Source: a bacterium (GTDB taxonomy: Bacteria > Krumholzibacteriota > Krumholzibacteriia > G020349025). From it: a stretch of DNA of 64,000 nucleotides. Shown here piece by piece: positions 43,683 to 50,052 of the stretch; within the stretch, counting starts at the first letter, position 1, and each line of letters starts with the position of its first letter. Below the pieces are notes generated by a model that did no database searches, was not told the origin of the DNA, and saw only the letters and a program-made list of their open reading frames with translations. Made by a program: the position numbers and the translations under genes. The DNA lies in contig JANLSU010000119.1 in assembly GCA_031362565.1 (NCBI GenBank), forward strand, positions 9,970 through 73,969. The letters are read 5' to 3'.

Positions 43683-45497
43683 CTACGGTTCGCGCTTCAC
43701 CAAGTGAATCCGCCACGTCCAAACTCCCGGCGCACGTTCCAAGTCGCGGATCAGTCCGGCGATCGTGCCGGCGTGATCCGCGGGTTTGGGCCGCGACACC
43801 AGTCCATCGATGCCGCGTGTCAGGCGCGCTGCGCCGACGGCGGCAAAGTCATTGGCGCCTTCTGAATTGACGCGCGGTAATGCCGCCAGAGTCGTTTCCA
43901 ATGCCTCGATCGGTTGGCGGGCCGCGACCACGAGAATCGTTTCGGCGGCGCCATCGCGCGCCACCGACCAGTTGGCTTCTTCGCCCTGCAAACCGGTTGG
44001 CAGCCGCAGCGCTTGTTTGCCCGGCAAGCGTGGCGCAGCACCTGGCTGGGTCGGATGCAAGACGTAGGCACGGCCTTCGTTGTCCTCGTCCAAAACCCAA
44101 ACACGCAACGGTTGCGCCATCTTCAGCTCGAGAAACAACTGATCGAAGGCTTGCACCGTATCGCCGTCCGCGAGTTGTTGGCCTTTGCCGCTACGGTCGC
44201 GGAAGAGCCGGGCTTCGGCGTGGGCGGGCAAGCGGGCGGGCAGCAGAACCAATGCCGCGGCGGCAGCGCCCGCCGCGGCGACACCGAGAGCGACACGCCA
44301 CGGGTGGCGAGTGAACGCGTGCCACCACGGTGTGGACGGTGGTGAATCAGGGACTGGCACCAAGTCGAGGCTCGCCAGCAGTGCCGACTGCATCTGGCCG
44401 GCACTTCCGAAGCGTTGCGCCGGATCCGATGCAAGAGCGCGCTCGACGGCGCGCGTGAACTCCGGTAGAACGTCCGTCCGCTTTTCGGCAAGCGACGCGC
44501 GCTCGCCGCGCGCCTGGCGCGTCATGAGTTCGTCGATGTCGTCGGTGTCGATCGGATAGGAACCCGTGACCAACCAGAACAGCAACCCTCCGAGCGCGTA
44601 GATGTCGGCTGCTGCCGTCGGGCGGCCGCCGCGCAGGACCTCGGGGGCGACAGAAAGCGCCGTGACCGGTCGCGCTCCGGCGTCGGCGTCGGATTCAAGA
44701 TCCAATGCCGAACCGAAGTCGGTGAGCACGATGCGCCCACCTTTCTCACGCATGACGTTCGCGGGCTTGATGTCGCCATGGACGAGGTTCGTGCGGTGCA
44801 ACTCTGCCAGCGCACCACAAAGGTCGATGCCGATCGCGGCGGCTTCGCGCGCACTGAGCGGGCCGCGCGTTTCGACGCAATGTTGCAGGGTCTCGCCGCG
44901 AATGAGATCGGTCCAAATTCCCGCCCTGCCATCGTGCACAGCACAGTCGAAGACCGTGACGATGTTGGGATGACGGACACGCGCCTGGTTGCGGGCTTCA
45001 TCGAGAGACTTCTCGAGCCCGGCGGAGTCGCCGGCACGGCGCAATTTGAGCGCCACGTCGCGCTTGAGGTTGGGGTCGTAGGCGCGATACACCTCGCCGA
45101 ATCCACCGGTGCCGATTCTTTCGTGAACCACCAGCCGCCCCCAGTGCCACGCTGGACTGGGGGCCGGCATCTGCCCCGGCGGCGCATCCTCGGCCGGCTC
45201 GTCCGCATCCGGCGCGGCCGCCGATGTCCCGGCCGCCACGGGTGGCGACGGTGTGGTTCCCGTCGCTGTCGCGGCGCGTTCCTGCGCCGCACGCGCGACG
45301 TTGTGCCAGTCGGCTTGATAGGCGTCCGCCAACCGCGCGATGTCGGCGAGACGATCGAGGCCGGCTTGAGCGTCAACGTCGCCGGCGCCCGCACGCTCGC
45401 GGTCCCAATCGACTGTCCGGTGGTCGGCGAGCGCCTCGGCAACGCGCTGCAGCCGATCGTCGCCGCGCGCCTGCTTATTTTTCCCCATTCTTCCCAT
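43683..45497 (-). CDS. Hanks-type Ser/Thr protein kinase: cytoplasmic N-extension, kinase, one TM, DUF4384-like outer domain
   Basis: GTGGFGEVY, VALK, LVHGDIKPANV (a non-RD kinase, H-G-D), DFGSA, VAPEV. TM segment VALGVAAAGAAAAALVLL. The C-terminal domain is paralogous to ORF 1-566. The start (45497 or 45488) overlaps the sigma gene's 3' end. Confidence 0.9.
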   Translation of the reverse strand: MGRMGKNKQARGDDRLQRVAEALADHRTVDWDRERAGAGDVDAQAGLDRLADIARLADAYQADWHNVARAAQERAATATGTTPSPPVAAGTSAAAPDADEPAEDAPPGQMPAPSPAWHWGRLVVHERIGTGGFGEVYRAYDPNLKRDVALKLRRAGDSAGLEKSLDEARNQARVRHPNIVTVFDCAVHDGRAGIWTDLIRGETLQHCVETRGPLSAREAAAIGIDLCGALAELHRTNLVHGDIKPANVMREKGGRIVLTDFGSALDLESDADAGARPVTALSVAPEVLRGGRPTAAADIYALGGLLFWLVTGSYPIDTDDIDELMTRQARGERASLAEKRTDVLPEFTRAVERALASDPAQRFGSAGQMQSALLASLDLVPVPDSPPSTPWWHAFTRHPWRVALGVAAAGAAAAALVLLPARLPAHAEARLFRDRSGKGQQLADGDTVQAFDQLFLELKMAQPLRVWVLDEDNEGRAYVLHPTQPGAAPRLPGKQALRLPTGLQGEEANWSVARDGAAETILVVAARQPIEALETTLAALPRVNSEGANDFAAVGAARLTRGIDGLVSRPKPADHAGTIAGLIRDLERAPGVWTWRIHLVKREP

Positions 45498-46176
45498 TCT
45501 TGCCGTTCTTGAGCCCCATCTCCTTGGCCAAGTTGACGAGGCCGCGGCTCAAGACCATGCGGGCGGCGTTTCGCGTCCGCTTCCCGAGCGCCTCCATGAT
45601 GACGGCGGCACTCGCGCCCCATTCGACGTGCAGCGCGACCGCGATTTGCTGGTCCTCGTCGAGCCGTCCCAATGCCGCCCGGTAGCGGGCCTCGAATTCG
45701 GAGCCCAAGACTCCGTCCAATGGCGTCGCGGCGCCGTCTACCATGTCTGGATCCAACACCGAGAATTCCGGCTTGCCGTCCGCCCACCGGTATTCGGTCG
45801 CCACGAGATTGCGGACGATGGTGCGCAGGTACGCCAGGAACGCGCCCGGACCTCGCGGCTCGAAGCCGTTCATCTTGTTGAACGCTTTCGTGAAGGCGAT
45901 CTGCACGAGGTCTTCGGTCACGAGCCGGGCTCGGGCTCGCCCGGCCAGCTTGCCGTGCGCCGCCCGGCGGAGGGCCGGAGTGAACCGGCGCATGAGATCG
46001 GTAATGGCGCGTTCGTCCCCGCTCCGCGCCCGGATGATCAGAATGGCCGTCGTTTCGAGTGGGCGAGGTGGTTCTCCCCCCCCGCCCGTCGGGTGGTCTG
46101 GTCCGTCCAACACAAAAACCTCGCTCGGGGTCCCCGATCCGGTTTCGGCCTGGCGTGACGATTTGGGCTGGCACAT
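45475..46176 (-). CDS. ECF-type RNA polymerase sigma-70 family factor (kinase-associated type)
   Basis: Region 2-like ITDLMRRFTPALRRAAHGKL...EDLVQIAFTKAF and AFLAYLRTIVRNLVATEYR. Region 4-like LDEDQQIAVALHVEWGASAAVIMEALGKRTRNAARMVLSRGLVNLAKEM. No anti-sigma gene follows; a kinase follows instead. The exact start is uncertain. Confidence 0.8.
   Translation of the reverse strand: MCQPKSSRQAETGSGTPSEVFVLDGPDHPTGGGGEPPRPLETTAILIIRARSGDERAITDLMRRFTPALRRAAHGKLAGRARARLVTEDLVQIAFTKAFNKMNGFEPRGPGAFLAYLRTIVRNLVATEYRWADGKPEFSVLDPDMVDGAATPLDGVLGSEFEARYRAALGRLDEDQQIAVALHVEWGASAAVIMEALGKRTRNAARMVLSRGLVNLAKEMGLKNGKNGKNGEK
45484..45510. repeat. 9-bp tandem repeat x3 (minus strand AAG-AAY-GGS, encoding K-N-G x3) at the sigma/kinase gene overlap
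   Basis: Plus strand reads cccattctt cccattctt gccgttctt. It encodes the sigma C-terminus LKNGKNGKNGEK. In the other frame it supplies both candidate ATGs of the kinase (MGRMGKNKQ). Confidence 0.8.
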
Positions 46177-46207
46177 TCAGTATGGAGGGGGGCCCGGCCG
46201 CTGTCCA

Positions 46208-47284
46208 TCACCCACGGCGGCGTGAGGCGATGTCGGCGGCGACGGCCGCGACCAGGATTCCGCCCTTCAGGACCGGCTGCCAAAAGGCTTCGGTGTTGAG
46301 CAGGCTCATCCCGTTGTCGAGCGACGCCATGACGAGGGCCCCGACGAGGGCGCCGCGGATCGTGCCTTGGCCGCCGAGGAGTGACGTGCCGCCAATCACC
46401 GCGGCAGCGATCGCGTCCAGCTCCATCATGCGCCCGGCTTCCGACGTTGCAGCCCCGACACGCGCCGTCAATACGACACCCGCGACACCGCACATGGCAC
46501 CCATGATGGTGAACACCCCGGCCAGGTGCCGTTTGATGTCGATGCCGGAATAGAACGCCGCCTCGCGGTTGCCGCCGATGGCATACAAATGGCGGCCGAA
46601 CGGTGTGTGCCGCGCGACCGCCGACAGCACGGCGCCGAGGGCCAAGACGAGCAACACCGGAATTGGAATCCCCTCGTAGGCGTTCATGACCGCCGTGAAG
46701 GCAAGCCCAAGCGCTGCCGCCGCGAGACCTTTCCAGGGCAGGCGCGTGTGCCGTTGCTGAGCGTCGCGGCCAATGAACAGCGCTGCCGCCAGTAGTGCCA
46801 CGATCCAACCGATGGCGCGCGGCACGTACGCCTGGCCGACGAGAAGATAGGCGCGTGTGGGGGAAGTCGACACGCCACCCGTCATGCCGAGCAATGCACC
46901 TTGAAACACGAGCATGCCGCCCAGCGTCACGATGAACGGCGGGATTCGCAGCCGCGCGACGAGTTGTCCTTGCATGAAGCCGAGTCCGGCGCCGAGTCCG
47001 ATGGGCAAAGCAAGGGCGGCCGCCAGAGGCCAGCCGTGATGCACGAGCGCCATCGCCGAGAGCGCTCCGAGGAGGCCCGTCATGGCGCCCACCGAGAGAT
47101 CGATTTGTCCGGCAACAATGACCAGCACCATGGCCATTGCCAGGAGCGATGTCACCGACATTTGGCGCGCCAACAAGGCCAGGTTGCGCGGCACGAGAAA
47201 TGTGCCGTGCGTCGCCACCGCGAACACGATCCAGATCACAACGAGCGCGCCCAGCATGGTGAACGCGCGCCAGCGTGCGGTCAT
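46208..47284 (-). CDS. xylH: D-xylose-type sugar ABC transporter permease
   Basis: Strong resemblance to E. coli XylH blocks (RNLALLARQMSVTSLLAMAMVLVIVAGQIDLSVGAM, IPPFIVTLGGMLVFQGALLGMTGG). ATGA overlap with xylG. Confidence 0.85.
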   Translation of the reverse strand: MTARWRAFTMLGALVVIWIVFAVATHGTFLVPRNLALLARQMSVTSLLAMAMVLVIVAGQIDLSVGAMTGLLGALSAMALVHHGWPLAAALALPIGLGAGLGFMQGQLVARLRIPPFIVTLGGMLVFQGALLGMTGGVSTSPTRAYLLVGQAYVPRAIGWIVALLAAALFIGRDAQQRHTRLPWKGLAAAALGLAFTAVMNAYEGIPIPVLLVLALGAVLSAVARHTPFGRHLYAIGGNREAAFYSGIDIKRHLAGVFTIMGAMCGVAGVVLTARVGAATSEAGRMMELDAIAAAVIGGTSLLGGQGTIRGALVGALVMASLDNGMSLLNTEAFWQPVLKGGILVAAVAADIASRRRG

Positions 47285-48795
47285 AAGCGCACCACCCGGG
47301 TTGCGGCCGCCAGGACGGCTTCGGGGTGTGCGTCCCGGGCGGCAAAGACCGCCGTTTGATGTCCTTGATTCAAGACCACGACCCGGTGGCTCAAGCCGAG
47401 CAACTCGGGCAGGTCCGATGACACGAGCACGACACCCAGGCCCGCGGCTGCTTGCGCCGCGATCCAGCGATACAGTTCTGCCTTGGCGCCGACATCGATG
47501 CCGCGGGTCGGCTCGTCAAGAAGCAAGAGGCGGGGGCGTGCGAGCAGCCATTTGCCGAGCACGACCTTCTGCTGATTGCCGCCGGAGAGTTCCGCGGTGC
47601 GCTGGTCGAGCGAGGTCGTGCGCGTCTGCAGCGCCGCAACTTGCTCGGCGGCGCCGCGGCGCCGCAACGCGTCATCGAGGAACCCGTGGCGAACGAAGTT
47701 CCGGAGCGTCGCGAGCGTCAAGTTCTCGAGCACCGAAGCTTCCAGCACGAGGCCGAATTGCTTGCGGTCCTCGCTCACCAATGCCACGCCGGCGGCGATC
47801 GCTTCCGTGGGGGATCGGAACGGGGTGTCGGTGGCGCGATCCGCGACGGTCAGTTGCCCGGACACCGGTCCGCGGGCGGCGCCGAAGAGCGATGCCAGAA
47901 GCGCCGTTCGTCCGGCGCCCATCAAGCCGGCGATGCCGACGATTTCACCGGCATGCACGGTGAAGGCGGCGTTGTGGATGACCTCGGCCGCCCCGTCGCG
48001 CACGTTCCAATTCTCGATCGCCAAAAGCGGCGGACCGGGCTGAACATCTGGACGCGGGTAAAGATCGCGCACGTCACGGCCGACCATCTGCCGAATGATT
48101 CCGGCGGGCGTCGTGGCGGTGCAGCGCTCGGTGCCCACACTCTGTCCGTCGCGCAGAACCGTGATGCGGTCGGCGATCGCGAACACCTCTTCGAGACGAT
48201 GGCTCACATACAGACTCGAGACGCCCGCGGCCCGCAACTCGCCCAGAAGGCGCAAGAGCCGGTTTGCATCGGCTTCGGGAAGTGCGGCGGTGGGCTCGTC
48301 GAGGACGAGAATGACGGCGTTCTTCGCCAACGCTTTGGCGATTTCCACCAGTTGCTGTTGGCCGATGCCGAGCCGCCGCACCGGTGTCCGCGGATCGATG
48401 TCGAGGCCGACGCGCTCTAGCGCTTGTTGTGCTTCTGCATGGACGCGATCCCAACGCACGAGTCCGCGCTCGGTAGGCAAGCGCCCGAGGAGGACGTTTT
48501 CAGCTACGGATAGGTCCGGCACGAGTGCTAGTTCCTGGGCGATGAGTGCGATGCCACGCGCTTCTGCATCGCGTAATCCACGCCAGCGGACTTCCGTTTC
48601 ACGGAGCCGCATCGTGCCGCCATACGTCCCCGCCGGGTAGTAGCCGCACAACACCTTGATGAGAGTCGATTTGCCGGCGCCGTTTTCGCCGCAGAGAGCG
48701 TGCACCTCGCCCGGCTCGAGCGCGAATGACACGCCGTCCAGCGCCCGCACGCCGGGGAAGTCCTTGCGGATGGACTGCAGTTCGAGGAGCGGCAT
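47281..48795 (-). CDS. xylG: Sugar ABC transporter ATP-binding protein (duplicated ATPase)
   Basis: Two ATPase halves (GENGAGKST / LGIGQQQLVEIAKAL / LVLDEPT and a second LSGGNQQKVVLGKWL / LLLDEPTRGID). ATG at 48795 with GAGAGGG upstream; TTG 48813 is an alternative. Confidence 0.9.
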   Translation of the reverse strand: MPLLELQSIRKDFPGVRALDGVSFALEPGEVHALCGENGAGKSTLIKVLCGYYPAGTYGGTMRLRETEVRWRGLRDAEARGIALIAQELALVPDLSVAENVLLGRLPTERGLVRWDRVHAEAQQALERVGLDIDPRTPVRRLGIGQQQLVEIAKALAKNAVILVLDEPTAALPEADANRLLRLLGELRAAGVSSLYVSHRLEEVFAIADRITVLRDGQSVGTERCTATTPAGIIRQMVGRDVRDLYPRPDVQPGPPLLAIENWNVRDGAAEVIHNAAFTVHAGEIVGIAGLMGAGRTALLASLFGAARGPVSGQLTVADRATDTPFRSPTEAIAAGVALVSEDRKQFGLVLEASVLENLTLATLRNFVRHGFLDDALRRRGAAEQVAALQTRTTSLDQRTAELSGGNQQKVVLGKWLLARPRLLLLDEPTRGIDVGAKAELYRWIAAQAAAGLGVVLVSSDLPELLGLSHRVVVLNQGHQTAVFAARDAHPEAVLAAATRVVRL

Positions 48796-48819
48796 TCGCG
48801 CCCTCTCAGGCAATTCGCC

Positions 48820-49911
48820 TCACGGAGTGGGAGTCGCGGCCGGCACGACCGGGCGTTGATCGGCGGGTACATCGCGGTAGATCTCGTCGCGCGTATGAAA
48901 CCCATCGCCGACGATCACGGCCGCCATGTTGTCGCGATCGACGGCAACGCAATCGACGAGAATACTGGGTACGTCGATCTTGCCGTTCGGCACCGGGCGA
49001 GTCGGCTGGCCGTGCGGTTCTTTGCGTGCCAGGTGGACGGCGACCTCCGCAGCCGTCCGCGCCAGGCGTGCGAGCGGTTTGTACACGGTCATCGTCTGCG
49101 TTCCTGCCACGATCCGTTGACAGGCGGTGAGTTCCGCGTCTTGGCCCGTGACGAGCACCTTGCCCGCCAGTTTTTGCTCGGCCAAGGCTTGGATCGCGCC
49201 GCCGGCCATGCCGTCATTGCTCGACACGACCACGTCAATGCGGTTGTGGGTGCGCGTCAGCGCGTTCTCGGTAATCTGCAGAGCTTCGATGGGCAGCCAC
49301 TCGCGCGCCCACTGGTCGCCGACGATCTTGATATCACCGCGATCGATGGCCGGCTGCAGGACGTTCAACTGTCCCTTGCGAAAGAGATGCGCATTGTTGT
49401 CGGTCGGAGCCCCGGCGATCAGGAGGTAGTTGCCCTTGGGCACCCGCTGCAAGACGTACTCGGCTTGCAACTCGCCGACCCGCTCGCCGTCGAAGGACAT
49501 GTAGAGATCGAGATCGGAGTCTTGGATCAGCCGGTCATAGGCAATGACGGGGACGTTCATCTTGTGCGCCGCCTCGACAATGGAAGCCGCGGTCTTGCCG
49601 TTGTGGGCCGCGACCACGAGCACGTCGATACCCTGGGTCAGCAGATTGTCGGCTTGGGAGTTTTGCAGCGCGTCGTCGCTGTTGGCCGCCTGCACCAACA
49701 CCTTGGCGCCCAACTCTTCGCCGCGTGCCACGAACAAATCGCGGTCGCGTTGCCAGCGCTCTTCGCGGAGGGTGTCCATGGAAAAGCCGATGACGACGGG
49801 TAAGTCACCGGCGCCGCCAGGCGCCGGTTTCTTGCTGCAGCCGAGCATCGCGCCGGCCAGGGCGGCGACGGCAAGAATCGAAATCAGCGTAGCGCGAATG
49901 CCGATGCGCAC
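48820..49911 (-). CDS. xylF: D-xylose ABC transporter substrate-binding lipoprotein
   Basis: Near-colinear with E. coli XylF blocks: IGFSMDTLREERWQRDRDLFV, VIAYDRLI, YMSFDGERVGELQAEY, DNNAHLFRKGQ, IVGDQWAREWLPIEAL, SSNDGMAGGAIQAL, TGQDAEL, AGTQTMTVYKP. GTG at 49911 gives the lipoprotein signal RIGIRATLISILAVAALAGAMLGC. The rest of the track ORF (to 50469) is run-on. Confidence 0.9.
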   Translation of the reverse strand: MRIGIRATLISILAVAALAGAMLGCSKKPAPGGAGDLPVVIGFSMDTLREERWQRDRDLFVARGEELGAKVLVQAANSDDALQNSQADNLLTQGIDVLVVAAHNGKTAASIVEAAHKMNVPVIAYDRLIQDSDLDLYMSFDGERVGELQAEYVLQRVPKGNYLLIAGAPTDNNAHLFRKGQLNVLQPAIDRGDIKIVGDQWAREWLPIEALQITENALTRTHNRIDVVVSSNDGMAGGAIQALAEQKLAGKVLVTGQDAELTACQRIVAGTQTMTVYKPLARLARTAAEVAVHLARKEPHGQPTRPVPNGKIDVPSILVDCVAVDRDNMAAVIVGDGFHTRDEIYRDVPADQRPVVPAATPTP

Positions 49912-50052
49912 CGGCGTGCCCCCGTCCCAAGGGTGAAGTCCGGAGGCTACGGGCGCCTCGGATGCCCCGTCAACTGGTGCCGAGAACGTGTGGTAAGGTC
50001 CGCGACACGCGCGCAGCGAACCCACCGTCTTCATCGCCGCGGAGGTCATGAC

